Assembly (NCBI GenBank): GCA_043807255.1 | Contig: JAZDGD010000007.1 | Span: 17,069 to 81,068, forward strand | Length of the DNA: 64,000 bases | Origin: Patescibacteria group bacterium | GTDB taxonomy: Bacteria > Patescibacteriota > Minisyncoccia > RBG-13-40-8-A | Direction: 5' to 3' | In this document: piece after piece, positions 1-8,700 of the stretch | Layout of the letters: every line of letters begins with the position of its first letter | How positions within the stretch are numbered: position 1 is the first letter of the stretch | Notes under the pieces: generated by a model | Seen by the model: only the letters and a program-made list of their open reading frames with translations | The model's database searches: none | What the model was told of the DNA's origin: nothing | Position numbers and translations under genes: made by a program

Positions 1-95
1 TTTTTAGCAATTGATTGACGTGCAACATAACCCAAAAACGACCCCACGGCCAAAGCAACCATTGCCACTATAAGTGGAATTAATCCTATTGTCAT
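1..95 (-). CDS. 5' end of a membrane-anchored protein; the N-terminus resembles RNase Y (TM helix, then GY..R.SIAKK). Partial: the gene continues beyond the window start
   Basis: The reverse complement of 1-95 translates as MTIGLIPLIVAMVALAVGSFLGYVARQSIAK, starting at ATG 93-95. The pattern matches the RNase Y N-terminal anchor plus the KxIAEAK-like motif. Confidence 0.4.
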   Translation of the reverse strand, partial: MTIGLIPLIVAMVALAVGSFLGYVARQSIAK

Positions 96-237
96 AAATT
101 TTTACTTTGATCGAAAAACCCATATTTAGTTAAATTAAAATAATAGCTTTTAATATCAAAGAATTAATATTCAATAATTTCAGTTTATCAAAATCGAACT
201 GTTTTGTCAAACTTTTTCCCCGTGTTAAAATAAAAAC

Positions 238-1821
238 ATGCGACCAATAATTCTAACGATTTTAGACGGCTGGGGAATCGGCGAACCAGAACAAACCAAC
301 CCAATTTATCGGGCAAAAATTTCTAATCTTAAAAAAATTGAACAATTATATCCTTTTTGTTCCTTGCAAGCGTCTGGAGGAGCAATTGGTTTGCCATGGA
401 AAGAAGCAGGGAATTCAGAAGTTGGCCACCTAACCATTGGTAGCGGAAGAACAATTTATCAATATTTACCTAGAATTTCTATGGATATTGAAAATGAAAC
501 ATTTTTCACTAACCCAGCATTTTTAAAAACAATCGATCATGTCAAAAAATATAATTCTACCCTACATTTAATAGGATTAATTTCCAGCGGGAATGTGCAT
601 TCTTACCTGGAACATGTTTATGCCCTACTAGAACTAGCGAGAAGGAATAATATTGATAATTTACGACTTCATCTTTTTACTGATGGCAAAGATGCTCCAT
701 TAAAAGAAGGAATCAAAATTATTTCTATTCTTGAACAAAAATTAAAAAATCCAAACTGGAAAATTGCTTCCATTGTCGGCAGAAATTATGCTATGGACAG
801 AAACCATAATTGGGACAGGACCGAAACTGCTTACAATTTAATTGTTAATGGCGCTGGAGAAAAAACCTTTAATCCACTCGAAAGAATAAGAGAATATTAT
901 GACCAAGACATTACAGATACCTACATTAAACCGATCGTAATCATAGATGATAATCAAAATCCGATTGGTATTGTAAAAAACAATGATGCGATTATTTCTT
1001 GGGACTTTAGAGAAGATAGTGCCCGACAATTAACTGAAGCATTTGTTAAAAAAGATTTTAATAAATTCGAAAGAAAATTAATTGAAAATTTATTTTTTTG
1101 CACAATGACTGAATACGAAAAAGATTTGCCAATTGCAATTGCCTATCCGCCAATGAAAATTATTAATCATTTAACGGAGATCCTAAATCAATACAATAAA
1201 AAAATACTAAAAGTTGCTGAAACGGAAAAATATGCCCATGTTACATATTTTTTCAATGGCAATCAAGAAAATTTATTTCCCAATGAAACAAGAAAATTAA
1301 TTGCTTCTAATATTGTTACGCATTACGACGAAACACCAGAAATGCAATCAGAAAAAATTACCGAAACCATTATTGAGGGGCTTAAAGAAAATTATGATTT
1401 AATTGTTGCAAATTATTCCAATGCCGATATGATTGGCCATACAGGAAATTTAAAGGCTGGGATTAAGGCAGTGGAAGCAATTGATAAGGCGTTAAAACCA
1501 TTAATCAAATTGGCAGAAAAAGGAGAATGCGTTTTAATAATCACCGCTGACCACGGAAATATTGAACAAATGGTAAATCTTCATACTGGCGAACCGAAAA
1601 CTGAACACACATTAAATCCGGTGCCATTTTATTTGGTGGGCAAAGAATTTAAAAAAGTGCAGGCGCCACGCCCGACTTCGCAAGACGAAGTCGTTGCGGG
1701 CGGGGGCTGGGGGATGCCCCAGGGCATGCTTTCTGATATTGCGCCAACAATTCTCGAATTAATGCAAATCCCTCAACCATCAGAAATGACGGGAAAAAGT
1801 TTATTGAGTGTTTTAAAATAA
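238..1821 (+). CDS. gpmI: 2,3-bisphosphoglycerate-independent phosphoglycerate mutase. Carries an in-frame GC-rich palindromic insertion near the C-terminus (about 1660-1735)
   Basis: ILDGWG and NSEVGH motifs are present and the protein is collinear with iPGM over 527 aa. The C-terminal segment QAPRPTSQDEVVAGGGWGMPQG is encoded by a GC-rich palindromic stretch absent from E. coli GpmI. Confidence 0.9.
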   Translation: MRPIILTILDGWGIGEPEQTNPIYRAKISNLKKIEQLYPFCSLQASGGAIGLPWKEAGNSEVGHLTIGSGRTIYQYLPRISMDIENETFFTNPAFLKTIDHVKKYNSTLHLIGLISSGNVHSYLEHVYALLELARRNNIDNLRLHLFTDGKDAPLKEGIKIISILEQKLKNPNWKIASIVGRNYAMDRNHNWDRTETAYNLIVNGAGEKTFNPLERIREYYDQDITDTYIKPIVIIDDNQNPIGIVKNNDAIISWDFREDSARQLTEAFVKKDFNKFERKLIENLFFCTMTEYEKDLPIAIAYPPMKIINHLTEILNQYNKKILKVAETEKYAHVTYFFNGNQENLFPNETRKLIASNIVTHYDETPEMQSEKITETIIEGLKENYDLIVANYSNADMIGHTGNLKAGIKAVEAIDKALKPLIKLAEKGECVLIITADHGNIEQMVNLHTGEPKTEHTLNPVPFYLVGKEFKKVQAPRPTSQDEVVAGGGWGMPQGMLSDIAPTILELMQIPQPSEMTGKSLLSVLK

Positions 1822-1861
1822 AGTATGTAGGACATCGTATGTCCTACATAATGTCTTAAAC

Positions 1862-1894
1862 AAAAATGCCCTCGACTTCCGTCGGGGCATTTTT
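1862..1894. terminator. Bidirectional rho-independent terminator between the convergent gpmI and 1901..2158
   Basis: AAAAATGCCCTCGACTTCCGTCGGGGCATTTTT forms a GC hairpin flanked by an A-run on one side and a T-run on the other. Confidence 0.7.
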
Positions 1895-1900
1895 ATGATT

Positions 1901-2158
1901 TTATTTATCTCGATATTTTTTTCTTTTATCGAGATCTTTTTTAATAGCCTCGTTCACTTCCTCTTCTGACTTAAAATATCCTTCCGCGATTAATCCCTGT
2001 TTTGCCTCTTCAAATGCTTCCCGGGCCATCATGCCATGGTGACCAACACTTTCATCTGCCGTTTTTTTCCGATCCAATAAACTTTCAAATCTCATCCAAA
2101 ATTCCGGAGTTTCTCTGTCTTTTGATTCGATTCTTGATTCTTTGTTTTCTTTTCCCAT
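1901..2158 (-). CDS. hypothetical small charged protein (85 aa)
   Basis: ORF only. It is convergent with gpmI and shares the terminator above. Confidence 0.4.
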   Translation of the reverse strand: MGKENKESRIESKDRETPEFWMRFESLLDRKKTADESVGHHGMMAREAFEEAKQGLIAEGYFKSEEEVNEAIKKDLDKRKKYRDK

Positions 2159-2583
2159 AAAATTTTGTTACTTAAAATTTATTTTATTAATCCTCCTACT
2201 TTCCATTTTACCCCCCCCCAGCGGAAAGTCAAGCCCCATAACAAATTATGTAGGACGTCGCACGTCCCACATAATAATTGCCCTAAAAACATTTATGTCA
2301 TATTTGTCACGATCGTGAAAAATATTACATACATCGAAATAATAAAAACGACACCTTTCCACGATCGGACAAAAGTGTCACTTCTTAGAAATGTCAGAGG
2401 TAAGACCTCTGACATTTCTATCTTACGAGGCTAAGCCTCGTAAAGTCATATTCGGAGGTTCCACCTCCGAATTTTGTATCCTGCCATTAATGAGAATTTG
2501 TTTGTCACTGAGACAACTTCGCAGGCAAAATGCATGGTTTCGTCCCGACGAACGTGTCGACACATAAAATAAATCTGAGCGTC

Positions 2584-3171
2584 CTATTTCCGTTTATCAA
2601 TTATCGAATCGATTAAACCGTACTCTTTCGCTTCTTCGGATGACATATAATAATCACGGTCGCTGTCTTTTTCGATTTTATCTATTTTCTGACCAGTGTG
2701 TTTGGCAATGATTTTATTTAAGCGTTGCTTGGTTTTCATAATTTGTTTTGCAGAAATCTCAATATCTGATGCACGCCCCTCAACACCACTAACTGCGACC
2801 TGATGAATCATTACTTCTGAATTTGGCAAAGCAAATCTTTTTCCTTTTTTGCCGGCAGTTAAAACCACTGCTGCACCCGAGGCTGCTAAACCAATACAAA
2901 CTGTTGAAATATCACATTTCACAAATTGCATTGTGTCATAAATTGCCATAGTTGCCGTAACGCTTCCTCCAGGACTATTAATGTAAATCAAAATATCTCT
3001 CTTTGGGTCTTGGTTTTCCAAAAACAATAATTGTGCAATAACTGCATTTGCCGTATCGTCATCAATTGGACCGCCCAAAAAAATAATTCTGTCTTTTAAT
3101 AATCTTGAATATATGTCGTAGGCTCTCTCACCGTTTTGTGATTTTTCTATGACCGTTGGTATTAAATTCAT
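2584..3171 (-). CDS. clpP: ATP-dependent Clp protease proteolytic subunit
   Basis: Full-length match to the ClpP family ([15 protein letters not shown]). Confidence 0.92.
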   Translation of the reverse strand: MNLIPTVIEKSQNGERAYDIYSRLLKDRIIFLGGPIDDDTANAVIAQLLFLENQDPKRDILIYINSPGGSVTATMAIYDTMQFVKCDISTVCIGLAASGAAVVLTAGKKGKRFALPNSEVMIHQVAVSGVEGRASDIEISAKQIMKTKQRLNKIIAKHTGQKIDKIEKDSDRDYYMSSEEAKEYGLIDSIIDKRK

Positions 3172-4124
3172 AAAATTTCTGCTTCGCGCTCAATGAGCTC
3201 AAAGACTTTTTCATTAATAATTACACCTTCAGTATATTCTTTTAAAGCTGCCAAATCAATAGTTTTTTTAACTTTTTCCGCGTCTGGATAGCGCATTAAT
3301 TCTTGATTCATTTTTTCTTCAATCTCTTCAGTTGTAGGAATTATTTCTTCTTTGTCGGCGATTGCTTTAATGCATAATCCGATTTTTGCCCTTTTTTCTG
3401 CTTGCACCCTCCAACTGCTTTTTAACTCATCTAACGTTGATTTAATTTGCATTAAATAAGTTTCAAACTCTAATCCGAATTGAGTAATACTTAATTTAAA
3501 TTCATTAATCATATTTTCTAATTCCGTATCAACTAATTCTTTTGGTACTTCGATTTTAGAATCATTTGCAACTTGTTCAATTAATTCAATCCTTACCCTT
3601 TGCTTATTCATTAATTCCTTTTCTTGTTTTAAACCATCAATAACGCTTTTTTTAAATTCTTCTAAAGATTTAAACTTGCCCATAGATATTGCAAATTCAT
3701 CGTTCAATTCTGGAACTTGTCTTTCTTGAACAAGAATCATCTTTGCTTTAAAATCCAAGCCCTTGCCAGCAACCCTTTTGTCTGTCCAATCATCAGGAAC
3801 TTTTAAGGAAAATTCTTTTTCGTCTCCGGCTTTCATCCCTTCTAATTCTTTTTCAAATCCCGGTAAAAATTGTCCCTCACCTAAAATCAAAGGATGGTTT
3901 TTACTTTCACCGTTTTCAACCTTAACTCCACCGCACCTCACTTCGAAATCAATTTCAATGCGATTTCCTTTTTCTGCCGGCTTATTTATGGTTACGGTTT
4001 TTGCCCGAGAATTTTGAATATACTTTAAAGCACTTTCAATTTCTTTTTCTTCAACTTTCGAATCTTTTTTAGTTGCTTTAAGTTTTCTATAATTTGCCAA
4101 TTCGATTTTTATTTCATTAGTCAT
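3168..4124 (-). CDS. tig: trigger factor lacking the N-terminal ribosome-binding domain (FKBP-type PPIase plus C-terminal domain only)
   Basis: Collinear with E. coli Tig from about residue 115 onward (IDFEVR, [13 protein letters not shown], [16 protein letters not shown]). The start overlaps the nusA stop (ATGA), so there is no room for an N-terminal domain. Confidence 0.75.
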   Translation of the reverse strand: MTNEIKIELANYRKLKATKKDSKVEEKEIESALKYIQNSRAKTVTINKPAEKGNRIEIDFEVRCGGVKVENGESKNHPLILGEGQFLPGFEKELEGMKAGDEKEFSLKVPDDWTDKRVAGKGLDFKAKMILVQERQVPELNDEFAISMGKFKSLEEFKKSVIDGLKQEKELMNKQRVRIELIEQVANDSKIEVPKELVDTELENMINEFKLSITQFGLEFETYLMQIKSTLDELKSSWRVQAEKRAKIGLCIKAIADKEEIIPTTEEIEEKMNQELMRYPDAEKVKKTIDLAALKEYTEGVIINEKVFELIEREAEIL

Positions 4125-5800
4125 TTTATTTCTATTTCCTGAATTAATTTTTTAGTTGCCGGAAAAGTTAATTTTTCCATCGCTTCTTCTTTGGTCGCCC
4201 ATTCATATTTATCATGTTCAATAATTTCCTGTTTTAAAGAAATTATTTGCTCCATGTCGGCTTTAACCAAAAACGTATCCGCAATAACATAATTAATTCC
4301 ATCCGCTTGCCATTCTTCTTTCTTCCCTAGTTTTTTAATTACTTTAAATTTTTTAATTTGAGTTTCTTCTGCAATGCCTCTCTTTATCGTTTTTAATGGC
4401 GTTTCTCCCGGCTCAACGGTTTCTTTTAAAAATTCCCAACCATTCCATCTTAAAATTCTGTGAAGAATCAAAAAATACGGTTTATCATCTTTAACGTCGT
4501 ATATAATAGCTCTATACTTTTTTATTCCATCCCCGCCCCCGCCAACATCTGATGAAGTTGTGGCGGGTGGCGGGCCCGCCTGAATGCCCTCTGGGCTTTC
4601 GGCGAGCTTGTCGGCTTCTATCATTTTTTCACTCTTAACATCTATTTTCCAGCCCGTTAGTTTTGCGGCCAATCTTACGTTCTGTCCACGTTGTCCAATT
4701 GCTAAAGAAATTTGATCTTCGGGGACAATTACTGTTGCGCTTCTGTCTTTTTCTTCAGTTTTCACGCTAATAATTTTAGCAGGCGACAATGCATTGGCGA
4801 TATATTTCTCCATATTTTCATTCCACTCAATGATGTCAATTTTCTCTCCACCCAATTCAGCAATCACTGTTTGTACCCTGCTTCCTTTTTGTCCAACACA
4901 AGAACCAACTGGATCAACCCCTTGCTCTTCTGTAAAAACTGCAATCTTTGTTCTTGAGCCAGGCTCTCGAGCGATGGATTTTATTTGCACCGTTCCCGTT
5001 GAAATTTCTGGAACCTCAATAGAAAATAATCTGCTCACTAATTTTGGATAAGCGCGAGACAAAACAATATCAGCACCTTTTGAAGATTTTTCAACTTTCA
5101 AAATATAAACTCTCAAACGTTGACCGATAAAAAATCTTTCCCCGGGGATTTGCTCTTCGGCGTATAAAATTCCTGATGCCTTACCGATGTCCATAAAAAT
5201 ATTTCTGCCTTCAATCCTTTGTACTATCGCGCTCACGACTTCACCTTCTTTGTCTTTATACTCCGCAAACACAACCTCTCTTTCGGCTTCTCTTAATCTT
5301 TGAATAATAACTTGTTTTGCGGTTTGGGCAGCGATTCTTCCGAAATCGGTATGAGCCTCGAGTTTAGTTTGGATTTCATCTCCTGGCTTTGACCCTTTTT
5401 TAATTTTTTGTGCGTCATCAACCATCACATGTTTGAAGGGATTGAAACGAACTTTCTTGTTGCCTTCTGCATCAATTTCTTCGTCGTCCTCAAACTCTTC
5501 CCCGCCCCCACCAACATCTGATGAAGTTGTGGCGGGTGGCGGGCCCGCCTGAATGCCCTCTGGGCTTTCGGCGGGTTCTTCCTTTAACATACTTTCATCC
5601 ACAACCAAAAATACCTGGAAAACTTTTATTTCTCCAGTATTTAAATCGAACTTGACCTTAATATTCTGACCTTTCTTGCCATAGTCCTTCTTGTATGCAG
5701 CGGCAATCGCCATCTCAAGGGTTTCAATAATTTGTTCTTGAGAAATGCCTTTTTCTTCGGCAATTTGACTCATTGCTGATATAAATTGTTTTTGATCCAT
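4121..5800 (-). CDS. nusA: transcription factor NusA (NTD-S1-KH1-KH2) fused to a C-terminal NUDIX (MutT-like) domain. Contains two in-frame copies of a 76-bp GC-rich repeat
   Basis: Recognised parts are the NusA NTD (ISQIAEEKGIS, FGRIAAQTAKQVIIQRLREAERE), the S1 and two KH domains (IGQRGQNVRLAAKLTGWKIDV). The C-terminal 130 aa carry a Nudix box (WEFLKETVEPGETPLKTIKRGIAEETQI) that aligns position by position with the MutT box [30 protein letters not shown]. The peptide AESPEGIQAGPPPATTSSDVGGGG occurs twice. Confidence 0.85.
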   Translation of the reverse strand: MDQKQFISAMSQIAEEKGISQEQIIETLEMAIAAAYKKDYGKKGQNIKVKFDLNTGEIKVFQVFLVVDESMLKEEPAESPEGIQAGPPPATTSSDVGGGGEEFEDDEEIDAEGNKKVRFNPFKHVMVDDAQKIKKGSKPGDEIQTKLEAHTDFGRIAAQTAKQVIIQRLREAEREVVFAEYKDKEGEVVSAIVQRIEGRNIFMDIGKASGILYAEEQIPGERFFIGQRLRVYILKVEKSSKGADIVLSRAYPKLVSRLFSIEVPEISTGTVQIKSIAREPGSRTKIAVFTEEQGVDPVGSCVGQKGSRVQTVIAELGGEKIDIIEWNENMEKYIANALSPAKIISVKTEEKDRSATVIVPEDQISLAIGQRGQNVRLAAKLTGWKIDVKSEKMIEADKLAESPEGIQAGPPPATTSSDVGGGGDGIKKYRAIIYDVKDDKPYFLILHRILRWNGWEFLKETVEPGETPLKTIKRGIAEETQIKKFKVIKKLGKKEEWQADGINYVIADTFLVKADMEQIISLKQEIIEHDKYEWATKEEAMEKLTFPATKKLIQEIEIK

Positions 5801-5855
5801 AAATTTATTTAATGAAAGGCCCGACGAATGTCGGACCGTAAATGATTAAGAATTA

Positions 5856-5884
5856 ATTTTATGATATTAAAATTCGGATGTCAA
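5856..5884 (-). promoter_or_regulatory. sigma70-like promoter for nusA (TTGACA-17-TAAAAT on the minus strand), followed by a 5'-UTR hairpin (5821-5845)
   Basis: The minus strand reads GGTTGACATCCGAATTTTAATATCATAAAAT. No SD is found before the ATG at 5800. Confidence 0.5.
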
Positions 5885-5904
5885 CCCTTCGACTTCGCTC
5901 AGGG

Positions 5905-6282
5905 CTAGTACATATCTCCAACTGCATTTTCTAGATGGCGAATATCGAAAGTTTCATCGCGGTAAATTTCAATTGCCAAAACATCTATTTGCCAATCACT
6001 ATCTAATAATTTTTTCTTGCTTAAGTAAATTTGCGATAATTTAATTAATTTTTTCTGCTTGGTATAAGTAATGTTGTCTTCCGGCCAAAATCCGCCTGGC
6101 CCAGTTTTCATACGTGTTTTAACTTCAAAAAAAACGATATTATCGCCTTTCTTTGCAATAATATCTAACTCTCCTAATTTACTATACCTAAAATTCTTAT
6201 CTAAAATTTTATATCCCTTATTCTCCAAATATTCTCTTGCAATTTTCTCCCCCTTATCGCCCAAATCTTTTTTCTCTCGCAT
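5905..6282 (-). CDS. yraN: YraN/UPF0102 family endonuclease
   Basis: GELDIIA...VFFEVKTR pattern and a size of about 120 aa. Confidence 0.7.
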   Translation of the reverse strand: MREKKDLGDKGEKIAREYLENKGYKILDKNFRYSKLGELDIIAKKGDNIVFFEVKTRMKTGPGGFWPEDNITYTKQKKLIKLSQIYLSKKKLLDSDWQIDVLAIEIYRDETFDIRHLENAVGDMY

Positions 6283-6407
6283 AATTTTTATAAATTTATT
6301 TTATACTGAGACAATCTCGGAAGCTGACCGCAGTCGGCTGAGAGTTAGTGCGATTTTGTAGTGGCAAAATCGACACGTGTCGACATATAAAATAAATTTA
6401 TAAAAAA

Positions 6408-7256
6408 TTAATTATTTTCGTTTAATCTTTCAGCGATTTCTTCTGCCTCATTAAAACCGTCCTCTGTGCCAATGTCGGTCCAAAGACCGGTATGCACATA
6501 GGCCAATAATTGGTTCTTTTTCGCCAATTCTGGGAAAACCTCGTCTTCTATTCTAAATGCTTCTGTTTTTTTCTTTGATTTCAAATGTTTAATTTTAAAA
6601 ACTTCTGGCGATAAAATATAAAATCCGGCATTTACATAACCAGCATATTGATAATCGGGGTCTTGTGAGAAGTCCACCACCTTCTCATTTTTTGTTTTAA
6701 CTAATCCTAAACCATTAACATTTTGGTCATAATATACTGCCATCGCGCCTAAATTTTCTTGATAAGAAACCCTTTTCCTGAAAGGCGAAACTTTTAATGG
6801 TAAAATCCTGGGAGTAATGTTTTTAATAAATTGCGATGACGCAAAAAACCTGGGTTGGGAAATATTTTTTTTATAAAAATCAACATAATCATTTAAATTA
6901 ATATTGGTTAGGGTGTCGCCATTAATAACCATAAAGTCCTTTTTAAGATTTTTGGCTACCAATTTAATTGCTCCACCAGTTCCTAATGCTTTCGAATCAA
7001 TAACATATTCAATGCCAGCAACTTTACCTTGTTTTTTAGAAATGTCTGCTTTGGGATCTTTTGTTTTTAAATATTCCAAAATTTTATCTGCGCCAAAATA
7101 TAAACTTAAACAAATATCATTAAATTTGTATTTTTTTAATAAGTCTAACTGATATTCAATCAAAGGCTTCCCTTTTATTTGAATCAACGATTTAGGCGTA
7201 TTTTTCAATTTTCCTGGCAGATTGGTTTTCCCGCCCGCCAAAATTATCACTTTCAT
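6408..7256 (-). CDS. sugar-phosphate nucleotidyltransferase (NTP_transferase family)
   Basis: N-terminal ILAGGK..L...PK.L G-loop-like motif and GTGGAI. Confidence 0.65.
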   Translation of the reverse strand: MKVIILAGGKTNLPGKLKNTPKSLIQIKGKPLIEYQLDLLKKYKFNDICLSLYFGADKILEYLKTKDPKADISKKQGKVAGIEYVIDSKALGTGGAIKLVAKNLKKDFMVINGDTLTNINLNDYVDFYKKNISQPRFFASSQFIKNITPRILPLKVSPFRKRVSYQENLGAMAVYYDQNVNGLGLVKTKNEKVVDFSQDPDYQYAGYVNAGFYILSPEVFKIKHLKSKKKTEAFRIEDEVFPELAKKNQLLAYVHTGLWTDIGTEDGFNEAEEIAERLNENN

Positions 7257-7318
7257 ATTTTTTGTTTAATCCTTAATCAATATAATAGTTTAGCGCGTTG
7301 AAATCAAATGTCAAGAGT

Positions 7319-7343
7319 TAAAAAAATCCCCAAAGGGGAAAAT
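7319..7343 (-). terminator. intrinsic terminator-like hairpin (minus-oriented) inside the divergent 7257-7545 intergenic region
   Basis: The minus strand reads TTTTCCCCTTTGGGGATTTTTTT. Confidence 0.4.
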
Positions 7344-7545
7344 GTTATACGAGAACAAACCCGTTTTTGAAAGGTTTATTCCTGTTGGACTTCGTTCGCA
7401 CATATTCAATTTTTATTTACTTCCGCCCATAACGGAACCTCCTTAATTCTTACAATAATTATTACGTGGGGGGTAAATATTTATTTCATTTAATTTTTCG
7501 TCTTTACTCTGTCAGAAAATTCTGATATTATTGTAATAAACTAAT

Positions 7546-8700
7546 ATGAAAATCATTATCGCTACTCCGTTATATCCACCAGAAATTGAAACCCTTGCTT
7601 CTTATGTAAAAGAATTGGCAACGAGATTAAAGAAATATCACGAAATCACAATCGTTGCTTATGCAAGTACTGCGGAGCAAATACCGGGAGTAAAATTAAT
7701 TACCGTAAGCAAACATTTGCCGCTTTTAATACGGCTTTTTATGTATACGTTTGTCTTATTGAAAGCATCAAAGCATGCCGATATTATTTATGCCCAAAAT
7801 TCAGCAACTTCTGGATTCGCATCTATAATTGTTCAAAAATTGAGAAAAATCCCCGTTGTTATCAATTTTGCAGAACACGAGGCATGGAAACGTGCGATTC
7901 AATTGCAGGCAACAACCGAACCATTGGAAAGTTTCGTGCGAACAAAATGCAATAATAGAAGAATAAGTTCTATTATGCGATTACAGAAATGGACAATAAA
8001 TCGCGCGAATAACATAATTTTTTCTTCTACAGAATTAGCACAAACAATCTCTAAAAATTACAATATTCCCGATTCTAAGATTATAATAAATTTTAACGCA
8101 CCCAAAAAACCACAAATATTGCCATTTGAAATACATCATATGCCATATCAGATTTTTACCAACGGACATCTCTTTAGGTGGAACAATATTGCGGACATTT
8201 TAGATGCTATATCCACATTAAAACAAAAATTTCCTGACATCAAACTTTTAATTTCCGGAGAAGGACCGGAAAAAGAAAACTTAAAAATGTTAACAGAGAG
8301 ATTAAGTATATCAAATAACATTATTTTTTTGGGCAGAATTTCCGAGGCCGAAGAGTGGTATCTGCTTAAAGCCTCTCAAATTTATATTCATAATTACAAT
8401 TTCATCCACGAGAATTTCCCCAGCATAATCACCTCTTGTTTCTCTGCCGAAACGCCGATAATTAGTTCGAATATTAACAACATACAAGAAATTATCTTTA
8501 ACAACAACGGAGTGTTGGTTAAATCTAATAGCGCACAAGAACTATCAGGCAGTATTACAAAAATATTTAACGATGATAATTTCAAACACGAACTAATCAA
8601 CAATGCCAAGAAATCTTTAATTGAAAAATTTTCTTGGGATATTCACATCGAAACGTTAAACAATCTTTTCGAAAAAATTTATGTCGACAGAACAAAATAA
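7546..8700 (+). CDS. glycosyltransferase family 1 (GT4-like)
   Basis: The C-terminal GT-B domain carries an EGP/EG..E-type motif region (ISGEGPEKENL ... FSAETP). Confidence 0.7.
   Translation: MKIIIATPLYPPEIETLASYVKELATRLKKYHEITIVAYASTAEQIPGVKLITVSKHLPLLIRLFMYTFVLLKASKHADIIYAQNSATSGFASIIVQKLRKIPVVINFAEHEAWKRAIQLQATTEPLESFVRTKCNNRRISSIMRLQKWTINRANNIIFSSTELAQTISKNYNIPDSKIIINFNAPKKPQILPFEIHHMPYQIFTNGHLFRWNNIADILDAISTLKQKFPDIKLLISGEGPEKENLKMLTERLSISNNIIFLGRISEAEEWYLLKASQIYIHNYNFIHENFPSIITSCFSAETPIISSNINNIQEIIFNNNGVLVKSNSAQELSGSITKIFNDDNFKHELINNAKKSLIEKFSWDIHIETLNNLFEKIYVDRTK

Noticed and set aside
2199-2235. GGAAAGTC, which is reminiscent of the RNase P RNA P4 region
   Set aside because: It pairs locally with ACTTTCC 20 nt upstream as a simple hairpin. 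No P4 partner strand or other RNase P conserved blocks were found.
2165-2434. Plus-strand 89-aa ORF in the clpP downstream spacer
   Set aside because: It lies entirely within the hairpin-dense intergenic block, has a Pro/His-rich low-complexity translation and no SD. It is most likely non-coding.
4712-5051. Antisense ORFs inside nusA, and similar antisense ORFs inside pnp, comM and the 978-aa gene
   Set aside because: They are low-complexity translations fully overlapping well-supported genes on the opposite strand.
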